Shown one piece after another: positions 50,730-63,500 of a stretch of 64,000 nucleotides of DNA. The notes beneath the pieces are model-generated. The model was not told where the DNA came from. It saw only the letters and a list, made by a program, of their open reading frames with translations, and made no database searches. Within the stretch, counting starts at the first letter, position 1, and each line of letters opens with the position of its first letter. Source of the stretch: Hemiscyllium ocellatum (Eukaryota); contig NC_083412.1 of the NCBI RefSeq assembly GCF_020745735.1, positions 21,198,235 through 21,262,234 of the forward strand. Reading direction: 5' to 3'. Both the position numbers and the translations under genes were made by a program.

Positions 50730-50887
50730 GGAGAAAGTGAGGACTGCAGATACTGGAGATCAGAGCAGAAAATGTGTTGCTGGTAAAGTGCAGCAGGTCA
50801 GGCAGCATCCAAGGAGCAGGAGAATCGACGTTTTGGGCATGAGCCCTTCTTCAGGAATGCGCTTTTCCAGCAACATGTTTTCAGCTC
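50730..50887 (-). mobile_element. Short Penelope-pLTR insertion
   Basis: 15-bp TSD TTGTGCAATTCATTG at 50715-50729 and 50888-50902; same family as 34961; hammerhead with GAAA changed to AAAA. Confidence 0.8.
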
Positions 50888-50992
50888 TTGTGCAATTCAT
50901 TGTTGATTTTTGTAGCAATATAAGGGAAAATTCAAAACTGAATAATTTTGAGAATCTTTCAAATTAAAGAAATTCTGCCTGACAACGGTGTT

Positions 50993-51375
50993 CATGATTT
51001 GGAGATGCCGGTGTTGAACTGAGGTGTACAAAGTTAAAAATCACTCAACAGCAGGTTATAGTCCAATAGGTTTAATTTGAAGCACCAGCTTTCGGAGGCT
51101 GCTCCTTCATCAAGTAGTTGTGGAGTATACAGTTATAAGACACAATTTATAGCAAAAGTTTAATGTGTGTGATGTAACTGAAATTATACATTGAAAAATA
51201 CCTTGATTGTTTGTTAAATCTCTCATCTGTTAGAATGACCATGTTAGATTCACTTCTTTCATATGTAAATCACAAAACCTTTTTTAAAAAGTTACATTCT
51301 CAGATGAACTTGAACAATTGGTGTCAGCCCCCTATGTGCTGCTGTCTGTGCCCTGTTTAGACTGATTCTAATCTA
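50993..51375 (-). mobile_element. Penelope pLTR fragment (same family as 11789)
   Basis: Colinear with 11789-12185; hammerhead remnant at ~51084-51115. Confidence 0.8.
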
Positions 51376-52799
51376 AATTGCTCAGGAAGAGCAATTAGCG
51401 CCTATTACTGCAGCAATGGACTTCCACGTAGACATTGAAACTGATAATGTCTGCAGTGAAACTAACAACAACCGTGTTGAAATTAACAAAGGCTGCACTG
51501 GAATTGACATTGGCTGTATCCAAACTATCAATGACTCTGCAATGATTACCATAAACCAAATCATGTTACAAAGACAATAATCTCAGCACTGACCTTTTGT
51601 ATCACAAGATGTATAAAGATGTGTGCTCCAGGTTGAGACAGGAATTGCAGCTGACCACTGTACTGTTAGTGTCTTTCTCTCCCCGGAGCTCCAATATTTC
51701 CTTGTACAATAAACTCTCTCATTGAACCCTAATTTAGATGCCGAATCGAGTGATTTTCCCTATAACAGCAACACAAATATTAAATTCCTTCTAAACAATT
51801 AAACTATACTACAGGTAGGAAGACTGTCTGAATTCATTCTCATCAACCTAGTGATAGCCAGAGAAACACTTGTCATGACTTATCTTCCTGCTTCCACACT
51901 GGAACCCAAAGAATTTAACCTTGACCCCTGAGGAAGGGCTTTTGCTCGAAACATCGATTTCGCTGCACTTTGGATGCTGCCTGAACTGCTGTGCTCTTCC
52001 AGCACCACTGATGCAGAACCCTTTCTATTTCTTACCTACATGCTATCCCTTGGTAGTATCATCTGAAAACATGTCTGGTTCAAAATACACACTGACTTCT
52101 GGTTCCACTTCATTACCACTCTCTCGACTCCTTCAGTGTTTTTGCTATATCATCGAGTGGGCAGAAACTTATTTCAACTAAATATTGGGAAGTCCAAAGC
52201 CATAGACTTCAATCATCAATATCAACTCTATTTTGTAATCATCTTCTTGGAGACTGAAGTTTTTTTGCAACTTTGACACCCTGAACTGAGCTTCAGCATC
52301 ACTAATGTGGCCATTTGCACTTCCATAACATAATCATCTCAGCATCTCCTTCGCTTATCTGAAACCTTGCTCACACCATTATTATCAGTAAACCTGAATA
52401 CTTTAATTCATTTTCTGGCTGATCTCTCAGCTTTCTCTCTACATAAAATTTTGCTTATCCAAAAGCTCTACTGTCCACATCCTAGCTCCCTTCCTTATTT
52501 TCAAATTGCTCCTTAACTTTCTACATTTCATGTCAATAGCCTCCTGTAACTCTAGCATCTTCTTTTCTCTTCTAATCAACCTGTTAAGAGACATTATTAG
52601 ACATCTACAGAGCTTGTGGGACTTCAAACAAAATACTGGAGAGTACAGTGGTTCAGACAGCATCCATGGAGAGAAAGCAAGCTAAAGTTTCAAGTATAGA
52701 TGACTCATGAGAGCTGAAGTGAAGTGTGAAGCCGGCGGGGGTGGGGAGAGGGGGTGCAGCATTCATGCAATAGTGGATGGCGTTGACAGTCATGGCTGA

Positions 52800-54795
52800 C
52801 AAAGGAAGTCAGGAAATGTATCATAGAAAAAGAGAGTGCCTATAAAGTGGCCAAGAGCACTGCGAAATCAGAAGATTCGGAAGACTGCAAAACCAAACAA
52901 AGGACAACAAAGAGAAAAGTAAGGAAAGAGAGGATCAAATATGAAGGTAGGCTAGCTGGTAATATTAGAAATGATAGTAAAAGTGTCTTTCAATACATAA
53001 CAAACAAACAAGAGGCAAAAGTAGAAATTGGGCCACTTCAAATTGATGCAGGAAGGCTCATGATGGGAGATAAGGAAATAGCTGAAGAACTTAATAAATA
53101 CTTTGTGTCAGCCTTCACAGTGCAAGACATGAGTAATATCCCAACAATTAAGGAGAGTCAAGGGGCAGAGTTGAGAATGGTAGCCATTACAAAAGAGGAA
53201 ATGCTAGAAAAGCTAAAAGGTCAAAAAATTGATAAATCTCCTAACCCGAATGGGCTACATCCTAGAGTTCTGAGGGAGATGGCTGAAGAAATAGTGGAGG
53301 CATTTGTTGTGATCTTTCAAAAAATCACTGGAGTCAGGGAAAGCCCCAGATTGGAAAATCGCTGTTGTAACCCCCTTGTTCAAGAAAGGATCAAGACAAA
53401 AGATGGAAAATTATAGGCCGATTAGCCTAACCTTAGTTGTAGGTAAAATTCTAGAATCCATCGCGAAGGATGAGATTTCTAAATTCTTGGAGGTGCTGGG
53501 TCAGACTAGAATAAGTCAGCATAGATTTAGTAAGGGGAGGTCATGCCTGACAAATCTGTTAGAATTCTTTGAAGAGGTAACAAGTAGGTTAGACCAGGGA
53601 AATCCAGTGGATGTTATCTGCTTAGATTTCCAAAAGGCCTTTGATAAGGTGCCTCACGGGAGACTGCTGAGTAAGGTGAGGGCCCATGATGTTTGAGATG
53701 AGCTACTGGCACAGATTGAGGATTGGCTGTCTGACAGAAGGCAGAGTGTTGGGATATAAAAGGTTCTTTTTTGGAATGGTAGCTAGTGACAAGTGGTGTC
53801 CCACGGGTTTCAGTGTTGGGGCCACAACATATATAAAGTGTTCACTTTATATTTTAATGATCTGAATGGGGATACTGGGTGCATTCTGGCGAAGTTCACT
53901 GATGATACGAAGGCAGGTAGTTCTGAGGAGATAGGGAGGCTGCAGAAAGATTTAGACAATTTAGGAGAGTGGTCCAAGAAATGGCTGACAAAATTCAACG
54001 TGAGCAAATGCGAGGTCTTGCACTTTGGAAAAATAAATATAGGCATAGACTATTTTCTAAACAATGAGAAAATTCAGAAAGCCAAAGTACAAAGGGATCT
54101 GGGAGTGTTAGTCCAGGATTCTCTAAAGGTTGACTTGAAGGTTGAGTCCGTGATTAAAAAAGCAAATGTTATGTTGTCATTTATCTCAAGAGGATTGGAA
54201 TGTAAAAGCAGCGAGCGATGTGCTACTGAGACTTTATAAAGCTCTAGTTATGCCCCAGTAGGAATACTATTTCCAATTCTGGGCCCCATGCCTCAGGAAG
54301 GACATGTTGACACTGGACGTGTCCAGCAGAGATTTATATGGATGATCCCTGGAATGGTAGGCCTAACATACGATGAATAGCTAAGGATCCTGGGATTGTA
54401 TTCATTAGAGTTTAGAAGGTTGAGGGGTGATCTAATAGAAACTTACAAGATAATGCATGGCTTAGAAAGTGTGGCCGATGGGAATTTGTTTTCGTTGGGA
54501 AGGGATACTAGGACCCATGGGCACAGCCTGAGAATTAGAGGGAGTCAATTTAGAACGGAAATGAGGAGACATTTCTTCAGCCAGAGAGTGGTGGGCCTGT
54601 GGAATTCATTGCCACGGAGCGCAGTGGAGGCTGGGTCGTTAAATGTCTTCAGGGCAGAGATTGATAAATTCTTGATCTGGCAAGGAATTAAGGGCTGCTG
54701 GAGAGTGTAGGTAAGCGGATTGAAATGCCCATCAGCCGTGATTGAATGGTGGAGTGGACTCAATGGGCTGAATGGCCTTACTTCCACTCTTAAGG
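52800..54795 (+). mobile_element. 5'-truncated CR1 LINE just upstream of the ITM2B promoter
   Basis: ORFs 52847-53416, 53376-53696 (NYRPISLT, DFQKAFDKVPH), 53793-54239 and 54396-54710; 3' tail. Confidence 0.92.
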
Positions 54796-54899
54796 TCTTA
54801 TTGCCACTGCAGCACCAAAGCGCAGTTCCAGCGTCTTGTAGATCATCACCTTCACCCTCCAGGAACCCGCATTCCCTTGGAGCCCCCACTGGACAAATG

Positions 54900-55156
54900 G
54901 GGAGGGGAAGGGGTGGACCTTTCTTTGGGGCGGGGCATGCCCTCGAGACTCACTGGGGGGGCGGGGCGGGGCCGCGTGTTCCTTCGCTGTAGGGGGCGGG
55001 GCAGGCGGCTCGGACCTTTTTCGCGAACGCGGTCGGATTTGTGTTTGGGAGCTGCGTCAGGCGGATGGTTCCCGGGCACGGCTCGCAGTGAAGTGGGCGG
55101 GTTTCGCTTGGACGGAGCAGAGTTGCGGGAACCGAGCTGCTGCCGCCGCCGCCATC
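54900..55156 (+). promoter_or_regulatory. ITM2B CpG-island promoter / 5'UTR
   Basis: Sp1 GC boxes GGGGCGGGG at 54927, 54958-54972 and 54992; CRE-like TGCGTCA ~55053; CpG island extends into intron 1. Confidence 0.75.
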
Positions 55157-55243
55157 ATGGTGAAAGTCTCCTTTAACTCGTCGCTGAGTCAGAAGGAGCC
55201 CAAGAAGGAAGAGAACAACGAGGCGCTCATCGTCCCCGAGAAG
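55157..55243 (+). CDS. ITM2B: Integral membrane protein 2B (BRI2), exon 1 (87 nt)
   Basis: GCCATCATGG Kozak context; MVKVSFNSSLSQKEPKKEENNEALIVPEK; AAG|GTGCGT donor. Confidence 0.93.
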
Positions 55244-56711
55244 GTGCGTTTCCCAGGGAGGGAGGGAGGGAGGTGGGGATTGTCCGTTGTTTGCAGGCTA
55301 TTCCCCGGGCCTTGGAGGGAGAGTCCCGGCAGTGTTTTGGGATCCGGGCTTTCGCTGTCCGTTTCGCGAGTGTGGCCTTCGGTGGCCGGAGTCTTGCTCG
55401 CCTTTCGCTGCGCCACCCCTCCCCTGGATGTTGGGCTTGGGTCACCGTCCCCAGTTCTCGTGTGTGCGCGGGGTCAGGCAGGACTTGGACCGTTCGCTGT
55501 AAAATGGCTGATGGTGTGGCCTGGGCCTGGGCCTGGGCCTGTCCTGCCTTACCCTGACCCCGGTCCCCCTCCTCCCTGTGGAGGAAGCAGCGGCGTCATG
55601 GATGTGGGGGTGGGGGTGGGGTGGGGGAACTGCACGCACACTCAGCGATCACCGAGTTCCCGTGTCCCCCGGGGCAGCCAGGCTTCTGTGTTTGGTGTGG
55701 AGGAAATCCGATCTGGATGTGGCGAATGTTTCCTCAGTCGGCGGGGTTTCTGTGGGAGAGAGAGAGAAAAAAAACACTTAATCTCATGGCAGGAAATTGC
55801 TGAACGGGCTTACAACTTTCAGATTCAATAAGTGTGCCTATATCATTGTTGGAGTACTTTAGGATCGGGGAAAACAAGGACAGGACAGATTAGCAATTAA
55901 GATATCTGATGAACTGAATTCTTAAAAACGATCCAATTTGAAATGGATTATCTGCGAAGACCATGCATTAGATCTCTTTTAAGTGGCAGAAAACCTGAAT
56001 ATAACAACGAAAAAGTTTAAATTGCTGTTAGCTACGCAGTAAGCGCTTGCACTTCAAAGCAAAAATACGAACTCGACTCTTACTCCTTTTCTGGTCGTTA
56101 TTTCAACTAAGATATGTAAAGATTCTGCTTAGTTTCTAAAAGCAACCCCCTGCAAATTTCATTGCACCTTCGTAGATTTGGCAATCTTTTGATTTTTCGT
56201 AATGCAGGAGGCACACAAAGAAAATAGTCCCATAGAAGCACTCCTAGTTTTGTTTTTGATGGACTTTCCTCTTTTCATGACAGATACAGGCAATCTTGTC
56301 TACAATTGATCTTTGACTCTAATTGTTAAAGAGCAGGAATGTTAAGACAAAGGAACCTTGCTAAACTCCACTGTCCTGATCCCGTAACTTGAGCAAAGCA
56401 AATGAACATAGCCTGTTCTCAAGTACAGTACCTGTAAACTATCAAATGTGAAAAATATGGGTACTTGGAAATCTTTTTATTGATGTTTTCAAACATCTGT
56501 TGAGAATTGCAAGAAAAATTTAAGTTGCTCACCCCCCCGCCCCCCCCAACTGACTTTTTACAGACTTTCAGTTTAATGTGAAATATTCTTTGAGTGCTTA
56601 CAGCTTGTCTTCTCAAGATATTTAGGAGTTGGAGGTGCTGGTGTGGACTGAGGTGTACAAAGTTAAAAATCTCACAACACTAATTTATAGTCCAGTTGGT
56701 CTATTTGGAAG

Positions 56712-56745
56712 CACTAGCTTTCGGAGCACTGCTCCTCATCAGATG
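56712..56745 (-). ncRNA. Minimal hammerhead motif with fully canonical core spacing
   Basis: CAT-CTGATGA-GGAGC-AGT-GCTCC-GAAA-GC-TA-GTG inside the insertion 56626-56772, TSD AGATATTTAG (56616-56625 / 56773-56782). Confidence 0.6.
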
Positions 56746-57039
56746 GTTGTGCTCTGAAAGCTAGTGCTTCCTAGATATTTAGAGAGGCCTTTGTAATACA
56801 AAGTATGGTCTCCGGGTTTGCTGTACAGTTTGGAGTGTTTCTCTTTAGAATATTACTGTGAAACCTTGGTACACGGGGTTTTAAGAAATATGTTAAAGGA
56901 GGGTAGAGGGATGAAGAGTTTGGAGGACAGAATGACAGTGCTTATGATATTGACACAGCCACAAAAAAGCAAGAGATATAAGGTTATACGTTTGCTCACT
57001 GAACTTGTAGTTTTGTTCTTGGATATTTGGTCACCATGC

Positions 57040-57355
57040 TAGATAACATCATCAGTGAGCCATCCCAGGACAGGCTAAACAGAGACACACGTGGGAATTC
57101 CTAAAGTCCTGGCATTCAAACCGGAACTCTATCAATAAACTTACTGATTTACCCATTTACCAACCACTGAGGAAAAGAACGTGAAATGATATCACCCACC
57201 TTTAACAGACCAAACCACATAAGTAGAAAGTGGGACAGAACACCTCAGCTTCAAAGGCAGCTCACTGATGTTACCTAGAATGGTGACAAAATGTCTGAGA
57301 ACAAACCTACCAGCTCAATGAGCAAACTTATAACCTGAGCTACAAATCTTCTGAA
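57040..57355 (+). mobile_element. Penelope-like 3' fragment from a different family
   Basis: WEFLKSWHSNRNSINKLTDLPIYQPLRKRT (GIY-YIG C-terminus); degenerate hammerhead CTGATG-TTACC..GGTGAC-AAAATGTC. Confidence 0.6.
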
Positions 57356-60107
57356 AAAGCACAAGCAAGCGATTAAATATGGGGATTCACGGGAATTCCC
57401 ACTTTGAGTGTCTTGGAGTTTTATGTAGCCAGAGGATATTACAGTAATGGGAAGAATTTGGTAGAAGTTGGATAAAGTTTAAAATAAACAGCATAAGTTT
57501 ATGTTTGGAGGGTCAGGAGACTATGTAAATCCACAAGGATAGGTGATTGGTTGTATTCTTAAAAACTTACTGACTATGATATGCATTATATCGATGTCAC
57601 ATCAAGTCCCACTACCTGGTGTGTTTTGTGTCCAATAACTTGAAGCATGCTATTGACAACTTGCCAGAAATGTCTCTGACACTGTAATGTGGTCTCAGCA
57701 TTATTTGTAACACTATTGGAATTTTGTGATGATAATTGGTAGGTTTCATTTCCAAGTCCTGTCATACCGCTGAATGATATTTGGGTAGTGTTGCGCAATG
57801 AAGTGCTTCTGTTGAATGCTGTTAATTGGACATGAAACATAACTTAATCAGCAACTGCTGTATGAATTCCAGTTATAAACATAACATCAATCTTGAAGTT
57901 CTGCAATAATATTCCAGTTATGTAACTAGACTGTGCTGCAAAGATTTCTGCATCTTTGAAACCTGAGACAACATTTACATGTGTTGTACAATTAAAATAT
58001 TCTACAATATTTTACATACTCTAAAAATTGTGTTGGAGCGTACAGCCCAGACTTGCCTGAACACTTTTTCATATGAGGAGGTACAAAGAAGTTTGAAAAT
58101 TGAGAACATTTTCAATTAGAGCAAAAAGTATAAGGTGGATTTCATAAATTGACTATTAACAACATTTGGGACCTACCTTGACTGTTCCATTCTCCCTAAA
58201 TTCTGACTGGTGTACGATATTTGACATCCAACATTGGACGATCAGAAAATTCCTAAATATTTGGAAATCTGAAGCCATGAGAACACGTCCACCTCAAACT
58301 CTAGCTGGTGAATCAATGACTTTCTCTGTTCCAGACTAAATCTCAACCACAGTAATAGTCATATTTGACCCTGGGGTTAGCTTTCAGCCACATGATGTAA
58401 TGTTGCCTGTGTCCAGCTCACCCTCAGTTATTTCTGACTCCAGATCTGACGGTTTTGTTTGCAAATTCCAGTCCAGCCTCCTTTGTCCTACACTGTGTAA
58501 ACTTGAGATGTGCTTCCTGGATTCGTTTAAGAAAGAGTTAGATAGAGCTCTCAAGGATAGTGGAATCAAGGCTTATGGAGATAAGGCAGGAACAGGATAC
58601 TGATTAAGGATGATCAGCCATGATCACATTGAATGGTGGTGCAGGCTTGAAGGGCAGAATGGCCTACTCCTGCACCTATTGTCTATTAATGCCCACCAAA
58701 TGTCCTTGCCATCAATCTGTGCTAACTCAGCTGACTCGCAATAAATGCATCGTTTTAAAACTCTCTCCTTTTTTGTTTTCAAACCAGGCCTAGACCTCCC
58801 TGTCATTTCAGCCTTTTCCTTTAGTTCAATCTCTCTAATCCTGGCATCATCCTTGTAAATCTTTTCTGAACCCCTTTAAGTTTAACAACAACTTTCCTAT
58901 AGTCCTCCAAACAAACAACTTTGACTAAATTTTTGATCCATCTGCAATAATATTCCCTTATGTGGCATGGTCCATTCTGTTCCGTCATGTATTTTGGGAC
59001 GCTTGTGTTCAAAACTATGAATTAGTGATGCAGATTTTTTGTTGGAAAATAAATACATTATACTCACTTCGTTTGGACCAAGGCTGTAGAATTAAATGAT
59101 GCTTATTTCCATCTGTGCAATCTTGGCAAGCTCACCCTGTCGTACCGTTTTCCCCCCTCAGTCGAAGCAAAACCATAAGGCACAGAATAGTTTTACCTCC
59201 TCTGTTTATTCCGGGCCTTGGAGGGAGAGAGAACGATTGCCCGTGTGCACAAAGACATGAGTTCACTGTTCTTTCTGGAACAGCAGTTTGTCAACGAATT
59301 AAATAGTCATTTTTACAGCAGCTTGCATACTAGTTGGGTGACCGTTAGAATCAATGAATATCAATAGTGGAGACCAAGCCCTTTACTGTTATACAATAAA
59401 TGTTTTTAACCTTGTTAACTGGATTCATACAATGGATATTTTTCTTGTTAGCTGACCTTACATACTGAATGCTTCCAAAATTGTTAAATGGCTCTACATA
59501 ATGAATGCTTTTCCACCTTGTTAACCCATTCCCATTGACTCCAGCACCCCATTGTTAACTGTAAGTTCTTCTCTGATCTGAGTCGTGCTCAGCTGAACCT
59601 CTTGTTTCACAAACCTCCAAACTGTTTCCTTGCCTGCTTATACCATATACATATGCTCAACCCAACCCAATTCACCTGACTAGAACCAAAATCCTCCGCA
59701 ATGTTTCTCCCAATTCCAGGCTCTTTGTTGGTTTTCATTCCTTAAACCTGTTTTCTGAACTTCTCAGCTTGCTCTTTATTCATTCCATGATAATCTGTAG
59801 TCCTGAATTTAACTTTTGCGTCCTGATATTGTTCTGCAGCCCCCTGGCCTTTTAAACAATTCCAGCCATACATTCCTGTTCTGTGCACACACTTGCTGTT
59901 CAGCTCCCTTGCTCCAATGTGAATTAATTTCATCACTTCACTTTATTTAAAGCAATCTATTTACTAATCTCAGATTTTCAACTAAATTTTTTGGAAATTT
60001 CCCTGCGTTCTCATTTTGTCTTTGTGCCTGTTCCTTAACTTAGATATGCTGTATGGAAACTGATCTATTGGGGCAAATCTCCCAATTATAAAGATCATTA
60101 ATTGAGT

Positions 60108-60390
60108 TTAGATTAGATTCCCTACAGTGTGGAAACAGGCCCTTCGGTCCAACCAGTCCACACTGACCCTCCGAAGAGTAACCCACCCAGACCCATTTTC
60201 CTCTGACTAATGCATCTAACACTGAGCAATTTAGCATGGCCAATTCACCTGACCTGCACATTTTTGGACTGTGGGAGGAAACCGGAGCACCCAGAGGAAA
60301 TCCACGCAGCCACAGGGAGAACGTGCAAACTCCACACAGACAGTCACCCAAGGTTGGGATCCTGGTGCTGTGAGGCTGCAGTGGTAACTT
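60108..60390 (-). mobile_element. HE1-like V-SINE
   Basis: V-domain and tail. Confidence 0.85.
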
Positions 60391-61045
60391 GGTAACTCCG
60401 TGAATGTCAAAAGACAGTCATGACCTCAAATTGCTGAAAATGATTCAATAAATCAGAAGTTGCTGGAAAGGCACAGCAGATTTGGAAGCATCTGTGAAGA
60501 GGAAGCTAAGTTAACGTAAAGCATGAACTTTGTTGTATAGCATCTGCAGTTCTTTCAGTTTTTATCACCCAAATAAAACCTAGTTTCATCTCTACCACAT
60601 GGGTAGAGATGCAACGTTGTGCATAAACTATTATCTCAGTTTTCATTGGTTTAAATCACTAGATGGAATCTGCTCAATGTGTTTAGTTTCCAGACAATTT
60701 GAAGTCGTTTTGTACTTTGGAGTCGTGAATAAATCGATAACATTGAATTAGACAGAGTCATAGAGGTGTACAGCATGGAAACAGACATCTTTGAGTTCAA
60801 TTCAGTACTATTTCTCATCAAATATCAATTTAATTTAAATGTTCCCAGATTTGTGGTTTAAACTATCTCATTAATTTACAATTAAACAATATACAATCAA
60901 AATGTATATCATTGGTAAAAGCAAGTCATATTCATTTCAGTTAAGGGCAACTGATACATTAAAAGTTTGAGTTCTCTGCAGATTTACAACGTCATTAACA
61001 TTTGTTTTGATACCATACTGAACCAGCCCTTTTCTCAATACACAG

Positions 61046-61183
61046 GATCCAGAGGATGTTGTTGTTGTTCCGTTTCGACGCCAGTCTCGTGTTTGGTGCT
61101 GGTGCATGTGTCTTGGACTAGCTCTCATGCTGTCTGGTGTGGTGGTTGGTGGTGCATATCTCTACAGATATTTTATCTTGCAG
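61046..61183 (+). CDS. ITM2B: ITM2B exon 2 (transmembrane segment; gene continues beyond the right edge)
   Basis: acacag| acceptor; DPEDVVVVPFRRQSRVWCWCMCLGLALMLSGVVVGGAYLYRYFILQ; CAG|GTAGGA donor. Confidence 0.94.
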
Positions 61184-61284
61184 GTAGGAGCGTGCCAAAT
61201 AAACTGATTTTAAATGTGAGCTAAAATCAAAGTATTGTAAGATGCAGTGATGACCGCATCCAGGTATTACATTTACAATCGTGA

Positions 61285-63500
61285 AGAATCCCTAGAGTGT
61301 GGAAATAGGCCCTTCGGCCCAACAAGTCTACACCAACCCTCTGAAGAGTAACCCACCCTGACCCATTCCCCAACTCTATTATTTTACACGTGCCCCTGAC
61401 GAATGCACCTAATCCACATATCTCTGAACACTATGGGCAATTTAGCATGGGCTGTTCACCTGACCTGCACATCTTTGGATTGTGGGAGGAAGCGAGAACA
61501 CCTGGAGGAAACCCACACAGACACTGGCAGAATATGCAGACTCCATGCAGACAGTAAGAGATGTACAACATGGAAACAGATCCTTTGGTCGGCATTGATG
61601 AGTTGGACCAGATATCCCATCCTAAACTAGTCTCATTTGCTACCATTTGGCCCATATCCTTTGCAACCCTATTCCTATTCATATACCCATCCAGATGCCT
61701 TTTAAATGCTGCAATTGTACCGCCACTTCCTCTGGTATTTCATACAGTATCCTCCGTGAAAAAGTTGCCCCTTAGGTCCCTTTTATATCTTTCCCCTCTC
61801 ACCCTAAATCCATGCCCTCTAGTTCTGGGCTCTCCATTCTCACCTCAGGGAAAAGACCTTGTCTATTTATCTTACCCATGCCCCTCATGATTTTATAAAC
61901 CTCTCAACCTCTGACTTTCCAGAAAAAACAGCCTCTCCTGAGAGCTTAAATCCTCCAACCCTGGCAACATCCTTGTAAATTTTTTCTGAACCCTTTCAAG
62001 TTTCACAACATCCTTCCAATAGGAGAGAGAGCAGAATTGCACCAAATATTCCAAAAGTGCCCTGACCAATGTCCTATACAGTTGCAACCTGACCTCCCAG
62101 CTCCTACATGCAATGCTCTGATGAACAAAGAAAAGCATACCAAACACTTTCATCACTATTCTATCTGCTGGTGACTCTACTTTCAAGGAGCTATGAACTT
62201 GCACTCCAAGGTCTCTTTGTTCAGCAACACTCCCTAGGACCTGACCATTAAGTGTATAAATCCTGCTAAGATTTGCTTTCCCAAAACGCAGCAACTCGCT
62301 TTAGCTAAATTAAACTTCATCTGCCATTCCTCAGCCCATTGGCCCATCTGATCAAGATCCTGTTGCGATCTGAAGTAACTTCCTTCGCTGTCCACTACAC
62401 CTTCAATTTTGGTGTAATTGTACCTCAGATGCTCACATCCAAATCACTTATATAAGTGATGAAAAGTAGTGAACCCAGCACCAAACCTTGTGGCGCTTCA
62501 CTGGTTTTAGGCCTCCAGTCTGAAAAACAACCCTCCACCACAACCCTCTGTCTTCTACCTTTGAACCAGTTGTGTATCCAAATGGCTAGTTCTCCCTGTA
62601 TTCTGAGAGATCTAATCTTGCTCCCAGCGGGAACCTTGTCGAATGCCTTACTGAATTCCATATAGATCATGTCCACCGCTTTGCCCTCATGAATTTTTTG
62701 TTACTTCAAAAAAAAATCAGTCGACTTGGTGTTGACTATCCCTAATCAGTCCTTGCCTTTCCAAATACATGTAAATCCTGTCCCTCAGGATTCCCTCCAA
62801 CAACTTGTCCACCACTGACGTCAGGCTCACTGGTCTATAGTTCCCTGGCTTATCCTTACCACCTTTCTTAAATAGTGGCACCAAGTTAGCCAACCTCCAG
62901 CCTTCTGGCACCCCGCCTGTGACTATCAATGATACAAATATCTCAGCAAGGGGCCAAGCAATCATTTCCTTAGCTTCCCACTAGTTTCTAGGGTATACCT
63001 GATCAGGTCCTGGGGATTTATTCACTTTTTTTTGTGTTTGAAGACATCCAGCATCACCACCTCTAATATAGACATTTTTCAAGATAGATCTATTTCCCTA
63101 CATTCTACAGAAGATATCCATGTCCTTCTCCACAGTAAACACTGATGCAAATTACTCGTTTAGTATCTTCCCCATGTCCTGCTGCTCCACACAAAGGCTA
63201 TCTTGCTGATCTGTGAGGGGCCCAGTTTTCTCCCCCTCGTTGCCCTGTTGTCCTTTAATGTATTTGTAAAAACCCTTTGGATTCTCTTTAACCCTATTTG
63301 CCAAAACTATCTCATGTCCCCTTTTTGTCTTACTGATTTCCCAGTTAAGTATACTCCTACTGCCTTTATACTCTTCTGAGGATTCACTCGATCTATCCTG
63401 TCTATACCTGACATGTGCTTTTTGCCCAAGGCTGGAATCAAACCCATGTCCCTGGTGCTGTGAGGCAGCAGTGCTAACCGCTAAGCTACTGTGCTGCACC
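61285..63500 (-). mobile_element. HE1-like SINE (61285-61555 + 63422-63500) split by a CR1 LINE (61556-63420)
   Basis: SINE sequence stops at CAGACAGT and resumes at GCCCAAGGCTGGAATC; CR1 motifs [27 protein letters not shown] lie between. Confidence 0.85.

Noticed and set aside
55088-55831. 247-aa ORF over ITM2B exon 1
   Set aside because: Only 55157-55243 resembles ITM2B; the rest is read-through into a GC-rich, stop-poor intron beyond a strong donor.
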